A stretch of 58,080 bases of DNA, filler included, from Catajapyx aquilonaris (GCA_000934665.2; 3 parts of 3 records of this genome joined end to end with filler, not necessarily neighbours in it), one strand, 5' to 3'; positions 12,201 through 24,219 are shown, numbered from the whole stretch's first letter. Numbers and translations: made by a program. Notes: generated by a model not told the origin, from the sequence alone.

Positions 12201-15200
12201 GCAACCGGTTGTTTGCGACGCGTAGCCAACATGTTTGGAGCACACGACGCCCTGCCAATCCCGTCGCGTAGCTAGGTGCGGATAAACGATAGACTTTTCG
12301 TTATTTCTTTAATTACATATAAGCCTGACAGCTGAAAGAGGAAGATTCCAATTTAACCCTTAACCCCACAATGTAGTTAATACCATCGCGATTAATAAAT
12401 TTTATATGAAATGAAAAATGGCAGGCCTATATTCCTCAGACATACTTTCTTCGATCCAAGGAAAAATTTTGACATCACTTGAAGTCAAAACTGTAGCTTC
12501 TCGAAACTTATTTTCCGACTGGCCTTCGTATTTTCATTATGGGCTTAATGTGGAATGACTCTCTCAAAATTGGTTTCATTAAATAGCATTGACAATTTTA
12601 AGTCCATGCATTGTTTTTATATAAGATGGAGTGCGAGGGAAGTGAGATTTTCAGACAGTGGAAGAAAATGGCAGAACCCTTAGAAAACCCATAGAAACCC
12701 AATAAGAACCTCTCAAAACGTGAGAAAATCCTCAGTCCAACACAGGGATTGAACTCATGACCTTGAAACTAGAAGGCCATAATATCGACCACTACCCAAC
12801 CATGCCACCCTATTTTTTTCCCGAGTTGACTGTCATGTGCTGAGGATTTCAGGGATTCTTATGGCAACATTTTGTTTCATTGGCTGCGGATAATGAAGAT
12901 GCCCAAAGGAAATTCCCATCATGTGTTTTCTTCTTTTGAAAACTTGTTATATAATATGTTATGAATAATATTGTCATTTATATAATTAACAGTATTTGTA
13001 AAAAAAAATGTCCATAATACAGACTGCACAATTACAATGCGAAATTGTGCAGTCTGTATTATGGACAGCACTGCAATAGAGAAGTATGTAGTATTGTAGT
13101 TCATTGAAGATGAAAATTATCAATGAGTAGTTTAATAGTGAATTATTCTCTCTTCTATTGGGGTTAAATATTAAGTTAACACGTCAATAATTTCTCTTCT
13201 TTTCTAGCGAAATGACCAGGGCAATACAATTGTACACAAATTATGCAAACAAGGAGATGAATATGCAGAAGTCCTCGGTCAGCTTCTGGAAGCAGTGGAT
13301 GCCCAGGGAAAGAAGATTTTTAATGTGAACCAGAAGAATAATGATGGTTAGTGCTAGAAGGTTATCCGTGATTGATGTAAAGTGCATTTACACTATGGTG
13401 CCATTCAAATTGTGATTAGCAATGCATGTTTTGAACAGCCTTTGAGGTGCATCTCATAGGATGGGTTGGAGCAAGGGAAACCCATGTTAAGAGTACCCAT
13501 ACTACTTAGGTGCAGGTGGTGCAGTCAGCTCTGATAAGTGTTCCACCTTTTCCTAGTTAGGTTTATTTACATTGGCAGACTTTAAAATACTACAGTATAT
13601 TTTGGTCTTTGGTTTACATGCTGTTTACTAAGTGACTTATTGAGTGCCAGAAATGAAACCTGGCTAGTGGATATGTCTGGGCCATCTCAAATGCACCATG
13701 GAGTGTGACACGCAATTGGGACTGCACCAAATGACATGTGGATAGGATGCTTCAAACAAATCCTAGCATAAACAGCCTGGCTCCACCACTTTCCAAATGT
13801 ATCACAGTCCACAGTGCCAGAGTAAAGATACTTACGATTTACAATAACACTTAATTATAATTCTGTATTACTGAATCCAGTATCTCTTTTAATTAATCTC
13901 TTTTAATTTATCTCTTTTAGGTTGGACTCCATTACACATGGTGTCGTCAGCAAGCAATGACCACATGGAGAATGTCAAGCTACTGGAAATATTGATGCAT
14001 AATGGGAGTGATCCTCTTGCAAAGGTAGTTTTCATATTTGTGTAATAATGATTCCTTGTACAATAATTTTTAGGTTAATAGGTTATAAGCTACATGTGTG
14101 CATTAATTTTGGGAAGGGTTCCAAGGTTATGTTGTTAGTTTAACCCTAATAAGACTGGCGTCTCATATGCTGAGACGCTGGCTTTAAAAAATTCTGCTGG
14201 CGAAACTATAGCGTTTTCCCGCTGTGTAACGTGGTTTCTGTGTGGCTTTTTAAATTTTCTCTCGAGTAAAAAATCGCGCGTTTTGGACTGCAAAATCGTG
14301 CATAAATAAACCGGATTAACCAGATTAACTTAAATGAAATCATCTTTTTGCGGCCGCTGAAAAAAAAACCTTCAAAAAAAAAAATCAGACCTTGACCGGC
14401 AAATTTTTGGCATTCATAGTTGCACCCAAACCTCCTCAAGAGATTCCACCCTGAAATTAGTGCAAAAGATAATTCAATAGTATTAAAATAAATAAATAAT
14501 GTTCGTAAATGCCAATTAGTGGCTGGGCGCCTTCTGCGCAACTCAAAGCCGGCCTCCGTCTAGATGTACGGGCGCATGCCCCGTGGCATTTTTGAACAGC
14601 TGTGGCTCAAGGATGTTTATACTCGTGAGGGGTTGTGTGTTTATCACTATTGCTCGCCTGGCAGGCCTGTGACGTAATTCATGATATGTGCTTATGTACT
14701 GCATTGTTCACTGGTGCCAAAGCTACCTACCTATAATTTTTTGTCAAGCAGGCAGAGTGAAAAAAAATTGGAGTAGGCACGAAACATACCCCTCTGCGGT
14801 CTGCGCCACCTTGTTGTGCATTTGAGAGCTTCCACTGTGTATGGCATGAGAGGAGGGTCACATAGATGGCCTCAGGATCAAACCTGGACACTATATGAAC
14901 TTATTCACTAGTATATTTATGTCTCGTCCCCCAAATGACAAAGCAAGCGAATTATTTGCAGATCTTTGCAAAAACGCGAAAAACCACCAGTCTTATTAGG
15001 GTTAAGTTAAGGTGCAGTTAAAATGTCTGAATATTCACTGCCTTCATGGGCTGAAAATGGAGCAAGGATGCAATGTTAATTCGCATTCACATGATGACAT
15101 TGGTCTTCAGGAAAATGGCAGAAACATTTTCCACTTCTCTTGTGAAATGGGAAGGCCATGTCAATTATGTGAACAATCTGGTGGTTGTTTTTACATAGAA

Positions 15201-18200
15201 ATGAAAGTTTTTAATAAGTTCAAAAGTCAAATGATGTAATATCCACAGGTAAGTAAAGATCTGTGCTACGTGCCGTACATACATACTCCAATGAGGTCAA
15301 GCACTACCGAGATTGTTGTTGGTTATCCTGTTATAGGCCTGTGGACTTTAAGGGAATCTTTTAATTAACTGAATTTAACCCTTAACTACGTAGGTGGAGC
15401 CTGAGAGGCTCCAAGCACTATTTAAACGCATGTAACTTTTTCATTGAATTTTATTTTTCCCTGTCCTTCCATGACTTTGTCAGAAAAACCTTCCTAAGCA
15501 TGAAAAGGAAAGAAAATTTTTTTTAGTCCCTATTCTTTGGTTTTAAAAAATTCATAACGAGTAACAGGTCCCTCCTGGAACCGCTCAGGCTCTACCGATG
15601 CAGGTGAAGCCTGAGCGGCTCAAACATGATGTAACCTTTTAATTAAGAATTTTTCCCAGTAGGAATATGCTGACTCAGCGTGTGATTTTTACGTTTTCGG
15701 AAGCCTAATGATCTGAACTGCACTTTCTGTATGTGAAAAGTCCAATATAACAATTTAGTTGATAAGCAGAAATTGAAATATACCGTTGGAGACTCTCAGG
15801 CTCCACCTACGTAGTTAAAGGTGTTTTGCCCACCTACGTAGTTAAGGGTTAACCATTGACTGCCCTGTCAATGGATTTGATTGTGGGAGGAAATAGGAGA
15901 ACACACACACACACACAGGCACGCATTCCTATCCTTGTGAGGTTTTTCCAAAATTTAAAATTTAAAACTAACCTAACCTACAAGGAAACACACGAAATTT
16001 TGGTGAAATATATTTTTACTGTCTGTATGAGGTATTTTTTCGATTTTTCCCTGTCCTTGTGAGGCGTGTGTTCACTATGAGGTACAAGAAAACTACCTCG
16101 TAATGACAAAATTCCTCACAAGGATAGCAATACGCACCCACACACACACCCACCCACACCCACACCAAAAAAAAAAGAAAAAAGAAAAAAAAGGAGAGAG
16201 AGAACCTATTTAAAGTCTTTCCACATGAGAAATTCCTTTGTCTGATCCAGAGATTGGGACTAAGAAGTGGAATTCTGTAGTGCTAACTACTGTGCCAGCC
16301 TTTAAAAAGGGGGCATTAAGCATTGCTGTAAGTTGTTTTGTGGCAAGTACACTACCTGACAATTCTCATGTACCCACTTGAACACTGTCAGTGTCATGCG
16401 CATTCAAAATGATGATGGGGGTGTCCAGATTCCCAGTCAGTCAAAATCAGCTTGAGAGGCCAAATACAATAATTCTGATTATTGATTTGAATGAGTGGCA
16501 TGGATGATGGTCTGCCGATAATATGGAAACTGGGGGAGGCGGAGTGGTGATGCGGTAACGCACGCGCCCACAGATGTTAAGGTCCCGGGTTCGATCCCAG
16601 CCCGGGGTTCCCCCCTTCATCTCGTGCAGAGTTGGGCCATCTCTGGCTTCGTCTCGGGTGGAAATTTCCGCTAGACTAATCCACCCGGGGGAGTTCGCAA
16701 AATGACCAATATACGACATTGCACTTGCACTTTGCACATCCCCTCCTACTTACCCTTGGAACAATTAAAACATACACATTATGTACAGTTCCAAACATGG
16801 TGGTATCCCACCCCCCTAACAAGGGCCCAGGGCCCGATAGTGGGGTACAGTAAAAAATAAATAAATAAATAAATAAATAAAGGAAACTGCCTGGTGATAA
16901 AAAGAGGATTTTGAGGTATTTTAAAAGCTGTGGAAATCTCATTATTTTTATACAGAGTGGACCAACTTCAAGTGTCTTTTTATAGCGGCGATTAATTGCA
17001 GTGATTTTGCGATGACGTAGCAGCGACGTGCAAAATGTCCCGCTTCGGCGCCATTGAAAATATTAACTGCCAATAGCAGCACACATGTAATCAACCCTGC
17101 TGCTGGGTTGACCTGGAAAAAAGGAGGTGCACACATGACCTGCGATGCGCCTGGGTGAAATGGGTGACGTCCAAGGCACCAGATGGGCCATGGACCTGTA
17201 ATGCAAGGGGGAAGCCTGCAAACGAAACACAGCTAATATTTTCGATGGCGCCGAAGTGGGCCATTTTACACGTTGCTGCTATGTCAGTCGTAAAGCGCTT
17301 CTATTAATAGCCGTTATAAAACAACACTTGAAGTTTGTCCACCCTGTATATCATGTCACTTTGTCAATGAGAAGTCACCTAATGACAACGAAGGAGTTTT
17401 CTGTGTGGCGTGCCTTTTTTTAAAACCCTGTTGAGAGAGAACGGTGTTCTTTTAAGGAGGTGGAATGCCACCGTTTTTCAATCAATTTTCTGTATATTTT
17501 CTTCGAACTCCGTGCAGGGAAGAAAGGACATGAGGTAGGGATGGGGAATTTTGGGGAGGAGACACGGGGGCTGCTTCAATGTCTGAAACTGGATCATGTA
17601 CAGTCTCCCTGGAGGTTAGGTTGCCAGATGCCTCCAAGGCCCTCCTGGCACAGGCGAAAGGGAGCTCCCGGACGGGGATCGAACCCGGGACCTTCCGCTC
17701 AGCAAGCTGAGTCGTTACCAACTCAGCCATATGGCCTGCCTATTTAAATTCAAAATCAATCCATGTTGAATAGCATCACTCCTTATTACTGTTGGTCGTG
17801 TGCAGCATATTTCGCACCAAGCATATCGTCATACTCCATTGCACTGACACCTTCCCATTTTTTGATTACTGTGACCCTGTGGAAGTCCATAGGGGCGAAA
17901 CCAGGGTTGTATGGAGGATGGGTGAGCCATTCCCAACCCAAATCTGCATGTTTGGCTTCTGTCAGCAAAAACGTGACATAGAGATGTGCAGCTAATTTTA
18001 CATCAACACTTCAGACCTGGCAAGCATATATTAAACCATCCTCGTATTTGAGGAGGGGATGATGATGATTGTCATCAATCATGACCAGTAGGTTCTCTCC
18101 AGAGTTGTTAGAGTTTAGTGGGCTTCTCATGTTTCCTCTCACTATCCAAAAAATCCCCTCTTCCCTGCTGACCCTTCCCTATGCCAGATAGCCTTAGGCC

Positions 18201-18817
18201 AGGTTGAACCATCTCAGGTTTTGCTCGGAACCCTAATGGCTCTCCCAATGAGGCAAACCAATCATGACCAGTAGAATAGTTTAGTGACGGTGATTGTTTC
18301 CATTTCCAGGAAGGCAAAAGTGGGAGGATTCCATTCATCTTGGCCATTGAATCACAGAGCTTACAATTTGTAAGACGAATGTTGGCACTTGCAAGAGATC
18401 CCAGTAAGCTGCTGACCACTACAGATTATCAAAAAAACACAGCATTGCATAGAGCTGCCAGCATTTCGGCATTTAGCAGGGAGAAATACATGAGTTTGAT
18501 TGAATTTTTGCTGCGAAATGGGGCACCACCCAATGAAAGAAATGCCATTGGCAGGGTGCCTAAAGCACTGGCACCTTCAGAATTGAAGGAAGTAAGTATT
18601 CAGAAGCAATAAGATAAGGCCTGATTTAACCCAATGGAACTATGAAACTAATAAGTCACATGAAGTGCCATAAGAAGTTCATTAGTTCCTTTCACTTATT
18701 TTAAACTTGATTGGAAACTGCATTCCATGGAAAATTATTGGATCCTGTTTTCAGTGTTGACCTTGACTTTCGTTTCAGGCATATGCCACAGCTTCAAAGC
18801 AGTCCAAAAGGGTGTGA
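6281..18817 (+). CDS. Nuclear (atypical) IkB-family ankyrin-repeat protein, IkB-zeta/IkB-NS/Bcl-3-like, ~789 aa
   Basis: Exons 6281-6598, 6680-6784, 6854-8025, 8109-8220, 8278-8376, 13208-13346, 13921-14024, 18310-18591, 18779-18817, all GT-AG with consistent phases. Spliced protein has NLPESQLTNPDSDGDTQLHIAL, NDQGNTIVHKLC, NNDGWTPLHMV, EGKSGRIPFILA and NTALHRAAS..LLRNGAPPNERN, which match the nuclear IkB ankyrin array, after a long acidic S/P/Q-rich N-terminus. An acceptor at 6279 implies an upstream exon. Confidence 0.9.
8648..8957 (+). mobile_element. Full-length tRNA-derived SINE
   Basis: A box TGGTCTAGCGG, B box GGTTCAAATCC, (TAA)n tail, TSD aaaatgcctgg at 8637-8647 and 8958-8968. Confidence 0.9.
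9142..10108. mobile_element. pogo/Tigger-like MITE hosting a nested MITE
   Basis: TIRs CAGGTACTCCT(A/C)GTTTTA; right end followed by TA. Confidence 0.7.
9352..9793. mobile_element. Tc1/mariner MITE with ~100-bp TIRs, nested
   Basis: cagggtgaagggaaacttgcacccaatcgccaggtagac...gtttttggctcc mirrored at the right end; TA flanks. Confidence 0.9.
10535..10600 (-). mobile_element. 5'-truncated SINE/LINE 3' tail
   Basis: Minus strand ccccctaa...catcacggagta plus A-rich tail, same layout as tails at 8883, 16811 and 54957. Confidence 0.55.
10625..11242. mobile_element. Non-autonomous DNA transposon with repetitive subterminal TIRs (possibly Mutator-like)
   Basis: ggaaatttcgtcccc repeats on the left, gggacgaattgtcggagacgaaatttcc on the right; internal 10860-10950 is homologous to 1260-1352. 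Confidence 0.6.
11570..12292. mobile_element. TIR-bounded non-autonomous element
   Basis: ctattgtttatccgcacct ... aggtgcggataaacgatag (18/19 inverted match); GC-richer interior; TSD unclear. Confidence 0.7.
12660..12810 (-). mobile_element. Degenerate tRNA-derived SINE
   Basis: Minus strand gggtggcatggttgggtagtggtc...gagttcaatccc (A/B boxes); 3' limit approximate. Confidence 0.6.
14144..15001. mobile_element. piggyBac-type MITE
   Basis: TTAA-CCCTAATAAGACTGG ... CCAGTCTTATTAGGG-TTAA. Confidence 0.88.
15379..15848. mobile_element. piggyBac-type MITE with duplicated right TIR
   Basis: TTAA-CCCTTAACTACGTAGGTGG ... CCACCTACGTAGTTAAGGG-TTAA; subterminal gagcctgag repeats. Confidence 0.88.
15900..16165. 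mobile_element. TIR element embedded in (CA)n
   Basis: gcattcctatccttgtgagg ... cctcacaaggatagcaatacgc, flanked on both sides by CA repeats. Confidence 0.65.
16533..16881 (+). mobile_element. Full-length tRNA-derived SINE (second family)
   Basis: A box TGGTGATGCGG, B box GGTTCGATCCC, (TAAA)n tail, TSD ggaaactg at 16525-16532 and 16882-16889. Confidence 0.9.
16953..17346. mobile_element. Tc1/mariner MITE with long imperfect TIRs
   Basis: ta-cagagtggaccaacttcaagtgt ... acacttgaagtttgtccaccctg-ta; inverted similarity extends ~110 bp. Confidence 0.85.
17475..17740 (-). mobile_element. tRNA-derived SINE (third family)
   Basis: Minus strand ggcaggccatatggctgagttggt...ggttcgatcccc; 3' limit approximate. 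Confidence 0.75.
17786..17968 (-). mobile_element. mariner transposase remnant
   Basis: LGWEWLTHPPYNPGFAPMDFH resembles the mariner motif LGWEVLPHPPYSPDLAPSDFH. Confidence 0.8.
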
Positions 18818-19276
18818 GAGAAGAACTTGATACCTGGAAGTTTTCTCAACTGTTGGATTTTTACTCACAACAGCTGCGTTTTATTTGAAATTGATGAATG
18901 GTACCTGACATGTTCATAAGCATTAACAAGACTTGTCACAACATACAAAAGATTTCACCATGTGTGTACAGTACCCTGCATTAATGGCCATGCACAGACA
19001 TCGCCATCTGTCCAAGAACGAGCGGAATAAGGCGCCTGTGGACTGCATCCAAAATACTTGGACAGCTCAAGATATCGCGGTTGATTCAAACGCTTGCTAC
19101 AAAGATGGATCACAGCGGATCACAGATATATCCAGCCCACGGACATTTATACTACGTTCTGGCGTTATCACCTGCCGAGGGATTACGCACCGGGTGGCCA
19201 CTTGAGATCGCTACGAGACATTTCCCAAGGCTATCATGTGGCGACCCTACCGGACTAAGGCTGAACTTTACAGGTA

Positions 19277-19376
19277 NNNNNNNNNNNNNNNNNNNNNNNN
19301 NNNNNNNNNNNNNNNNNNNNTTAATTAATTAANNNNNNNNNNNNNNNNNNNNNNNNNNNNNNNNNNNNNNNNNNNN
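19277..19376. other. Artificial contig spacer N44-TTAATTAATTAA-N44
   Basis: Exactly 100 nt with a six-frame stop linker at 19321-19332. Confidence 0.97.
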
Positions 19377-20099
19377 TGCCATAATTAGTAACAGCTTGGC
19401 ACGTTAGTGAAGGGATTCCAAAAATCTCCTGTGTAGCTTCAAAAAGGAAGAGAAAAACCGCACCGCACCGATAGTAAAATTACATAAAATTCGATGTCGA
19501 TTCCGGTTACACTTCGCTGTATGACGACCGGCCCTCGTGGATGAAACTAATTAGAAGGTATGAACGTGGGCTAGAGAGACACACAGAAACCAGAAGAGAA
19601 AAAAGAGAGGCAAGACTGGTGTCTTCCTTTGTCCGTCTCCGTACCCCCAAAAAGACCTTTCCGGCTTAGGGAATAAATAGCCCTTAATTGCGGACGGTTA
19701 CTTATTATGTAACTTTCCCCAACAATTCCTGCGAGTTTAGATAAGTTGTTCCTGACCATCGAGGCCTGATTGAGGTGTTCAACTAGACGGAAGAGCGTGA
19801 CACAAGCCAGTGACCCTGCAAAAAGACCACATCCGCGTTATGATGAGTATTTAAGAGTGTGAGATTGACCAATCTGCTTGCCATTGGCCCACTATATCTC
19901 GCCCTTCTTGTACCTCAGAGTGGTGAACAGGTTGACTCACCTTTCTACAACACCCCGTGGTCTCCTTCAGACTATTGAAACATTGAATTCGCTGTGATAC
20001 ATGAAATAAAGGATTATTAATTTCCATTTCTATGATGTTATTAGACGCATAAAGTCAAATATGTTGAGCCACTTCATCTAAAACTTTGTTATCACTCTT

Positions 20100-20330
20100 T
20101 AGAACGCCTTTGGAATCCACACGAATCAGAAGAAAAATCACGATCGTAGTTTTCGCACAAAACAACTACACGAAGGCGACCTACACAAACGACATTGTCC
20201 AACAGGCATCAGTGGTAAACTCAACAAGGTATGGGATGGTCCATACTGTATCATTAGCAGGAAAAGTCAGCATCAAACAACATTCCAGAAGGGATGACAG
20301 TGTCTGAAAGGAACCAGACGACAATCCAGT
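20100..20330 (+). mobile_element. LTR retrotransposon (Ty3/gypsy-like) integrase C-terminal remnant
   Basis: Frame from 20217 reads KLNKVWDGPYCII (GPY/F motif), preceded by LHEGDL; boundaries approximate. Confidence 0.6.
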
Positions 20331-21969
20331 CCACGGTGTGAAGAACAAGAGCAGTAGAATGCAAACTTTGTCTAACATCTTTACGCTCCTTCAGTCATGG
20401 TGAAACATCTTTTTAATCCTTCCTGGTCCTCATCATTTACTCTCATCATCCATGAACGTGGTTGAATTCCAGTGTTACAAAATGGTCTTGACAAGGCAGA
20501 GTATCATACAAGTCGCCTCACTAGGGTGGTACCACCAGTGGCTTTGAAAATCTGGTATATGCTAGTGCACCACTGACATTTTGGTGCAACATGCACACCT
20601 TTCACGAATTGCACATATCCATCAATACAATACTTGATGCAATATAGAGCCCGTTAACTCCATATCACCCACAATCAATCGGAGGGTGGAGTAAAACACA
20701 GTCCAACTCATGTGTCATGCCATGTAAGAAACTGACAGGGCAGAATATCAACGACGCGACGCCATTTTGCGTGACTGAACACTCAAAAGCGATGCTGTGC
20801 CCTGCCGAGATGTAGGTCCTACATTATACGGTTTACGAAATGTGGATCATAATCCTTCGTAAAATTCTGGTTGATCTTATTAGCAATATTGACATACGAA
20901 ATTCTACGAAGCCCCTCAGGCTGACCAAACGTAGATTTGACGAAGGCAGCTTGCGTATTGGTGACACTGGGAGGATGAATTCGTCACAGAAAAAGGATCA
21001 GAAAATCACTTGATTCGCTGCTTAGGGCATATATTATAACGTACAACATAAACAACGTGACTTCAGAGACAGAAATTGAAAGCAGTACTTCTCAGCACAT
21101 GGATTTTGGCTGGCCATCCGCAGCATGTCTTGTGTGCTAATCAACTAATTCACGAAGTAGATACTCATGGTGGATTACGCCGAGTTAACAATACCAGTTG
21201 TTATTATTATTATTATTAATGGATCATATTGGAACATGTGACAGGATTTTGCATTACACAGTATTACCATTAGCTCTTGGTATTACACATCACATACAAA
21301 GCCACCTACAAATGCAGGAATTAGACAATCTGATTGCATCATTTGAATATCTCATACACTACTGATATTTTAGTCTGGCCCCTTCCATACATTCTGGGAA
21401 TATGTCAATGGCGCCCAACTATCGACGGTCACCATGAAGACCTGCTACCACTATAACGAAGGAGGTGTGAGCTAGACATGTAGAGACTGCCAGGTGCAAA
21501 GGTCAAAAGGCCGAGGCATTCACCGGTCCGCGACATTAGAAATAAAATGAGACTATTCACGATATGAGAGTAAGGGCACAGCTGAAATATGGTCATGTGA
21601 TATTAGAAAGCCGAAAAGCATGCTTTGTAATAAAGCACACAATTACAAATTGAATGCACAACTTGAGTGGCATATTCGACTCTACACCCAAGATCTCCTG
21701 CAAAAGAAGCAAGCTGCCGGACGTGAAGAATCTGCGGAAACATCTGAGTGGTTAGGCCAGGGCATACATCATCATAATTATGCATCCAATATAGCATAAT
21801 ATCCCAAGTCCACCACCTACGACAATTTTTTTTCCAGAAGGACAATAATGCTAGGACCTTCGTAAGTAGTGCACTGGATTATAAGGCACACTGAATACAC
21901 TTTACAGTACAATGAAAGGACACAAAAAGGTGCATCAGACTGGGGAAATAGCTGCAATAGTATATTCCA

Positions 21970-22391
21970 ACCTTTTTCTAAAAACTGATCGAGATTGACG
22001 ACCTACCTTCATTGCTTGCAATTATCGAACAAAGACTGAAGGACGAGATACTAGACAGGTTACAAGCTACCAAGAGATACATCAAGCGCGAATTTGCCAT
22101 GGAGGACTTTTTTAGTATTGATCTACCACTGTCTCACATTAGACTAATCATAAATTTAAGAAACTCCTCGATCAGCTGACCATGAAAATACATCTAGAGG
22201 TACTATGCAACTGGTGCAACTGGAAAGTCAACCAATCAATGTTCCATATAATCTATGAATGTTTCCTTTTCAATACACCCAGACCTAGACATATCCAAGA
22301 CATACCCCACTATCCTCAGGACAATATGTTACAGTTATTTGTAAAGTTACACAAGAGCGATGTCTGCAAGCTTTATTCTTTTTTTTTCTAG
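21970..22391 (+). mobile_element. Degenerate non-LTR retrotransposon ORF2 C-terminus
   Basis: LCNWCNWKVNQSMFHIIYECFLFNTPR is a Cx2Cx8-9Hx4C zinc knuckle, preceded by frameshifted RLIINLRNSS. Confidence 0.6.
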
Positions 22392-23440
22392 AGGCAACAA
22401 AAATCCTGCAATTTTGTGACTATTGAGAGGAAAACCTGTTAACTCTTTATTTTTCTTGATATAAAATGATTTATAGTACACTTCCCTTCGCCACCATTTG
22501 AAATGGCCTCCCTCCCTCCCCCGCTGACCCACCTGGCCTTTGTTTGAGGTTACGCTTCGAGTCAGTGAGCTTCCCATGTCTATCTGATTACAACTGTATA
22601 GGTCTGGCCCGATCAAGGGGCATGAAAACAAAGAAATAAATTATAAGGCACACTAACAGTAAGTTTCATTCACACACCATACTAATTAGAGGCGCAAGAT
22701 ACACTTTTAATGCTCTCCTGAAAAATGGGAGGTGTGGCATCTTGTCTCTTCATTTGCATTGAACTATTCATACAGGGAATAATTCTACTTACACCTATTG
22801 CAGTCTAGAATATTCACTCGCACTGAAATTTGAACTTCACTTGATTTCTTTTCTTTTTTATTTGCTGCTTCATATGAAGATTATGCAATATCTTGTGATG
22901 AGCAATTAATTCTTGCAGAAATAAATTATCACACCTTATGTGTAATGATTCCATGTACACATCTTATCAATTGGTCAATACTTGTGAAAATGTGCTTTGT
23001 ATCATTATAGTGATATATTTTCTTTCAATTAACAGACAAGTGGCATTGATGTGATAATGTCACACGTTGCATACATTGAAGACCTTAATTCAATATTATT
23101 GACAACAGTTCTTTTAATTTTCATCCATATTTATTCCCACAGGGTTAATATGCTTAAAAATAATTCTCACACTGTACCATCCACGAGCTGCTCTACTTCT
23201 GAGCCCTAGTGTTCCTGACCATCCAAAGAGGGCCTTTAAAGCAAACAACTTGCATCAAACGCAGTACCTTAAAAATTATTCCTGTACCTCACCTGCCACT
23301 TACTTATGCCTGGACGAATAAATTAGCAGCCGCCAATACCTTCTTCGACTGCTTAATGTCATTTTCAACCTCTGGAGGTGTAGTGAAGATATCAGTAGTT
23401 ATACACAAATCAATTATTTTTGCATTGCATTAAAACCTAA

Positions 23441-23531
23441 GTACAGTTGGTTCAAGGTGTATCTTACCAGACCAGACCTAAAAATTATATCTAGTCCTGG
23501 TCTGGTAAGATACTTCTTTAACCGACTATAC
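23441..23531. repeat. ~90-bp imperfect inverted repeat (hairpin)
   Basis: Core gtatcttaccagaccag / ctggtctggtaagatac is perfect; arms ~40 bp. Confidence 0.85.
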
Positions 23532-23589
23532 ATTCCACTGGAGACTACATTTTTGACACATGCTTAATCATACATAGAATTAGCCTTAC

Positions 23590-23977
23590 TCTTCGCAGAC
23601 ACTACCACCAGCTCAATGGTATGGCGTCAACATCCCTGAGATGGCTTTGCAGCACCACATCTTTTAACTTGAATATAGCCACGCCATTGGAGAAATTGTA
23701 TTCCATCAGCTGTCCTGCCTGTAAATAAAGCAGAGGTCTCAGCATCTTGGTCCACAAACAACAGCTGCTTGGGACTCACCTTGAACTCACACTCTCTTCC
23801 AACCCTCTCCATCTGGATCATTTCAAGTATCTTGTTGTCAAACATGACCAGAATGCGGTCCACCATCTTCTGGGTGAGCTTACCCGCCTGTAATAAATAT
23901 TCAGCTGCATTTCAGCACATTGTACACAAATTTTCTGGCGCACCACAGTTGGCATTATCAATGCTAATGGTAAGGAC
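23590..23977 (-). pseudogene. Disrupted, divergent TFIIA gamma (small subunit)-like exon
   Basis: NAAEYLLQAGKLTQKMVDRILVMFDNKILEMIQMERVGRECEFK aligns by eye with the TFIIA-gamma helical region (L.Q...(I/L)T......(V/I)L..FD..I......RV....F(R/K)). In-frame TGA at 23914-23912 and 23629-23627; bounded by ag and gtaagg. Confidence 0.5.
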
Positions 23978-24219
23978 CTAGTAGTCCTAGTGGGTGTATA
24001 ATGCGCTGAACTTATTTCCAACGCTACGCCGACGTTTGCGACGTTGCCAAATCCCTAGAGCGAACCGCAAAGGTTACAGGTCCCTGGGGAGTAACTGGCA
24101 ACGTTGCCTCAACAAGAAAGCTGCGCGAATGTGGGTGCGCACTCGTTTGTTTAATTAGGAAGGTGTCAAATCAATGTCTCTCTGGCTATTTATCTGTTTC
24201 TGCCATGAAATGATTACAG

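Noticed and set aside
23627..23914. Both in-frame stops in the TFIIA-like block are TGA preceded by Cys, suggesting selenocysteine
   Set aside because: No SECIS-like AUGA/GA core in the nearby hairpin, TFIIA is not a redox protein, and ordinary nonsense mutation is simpler
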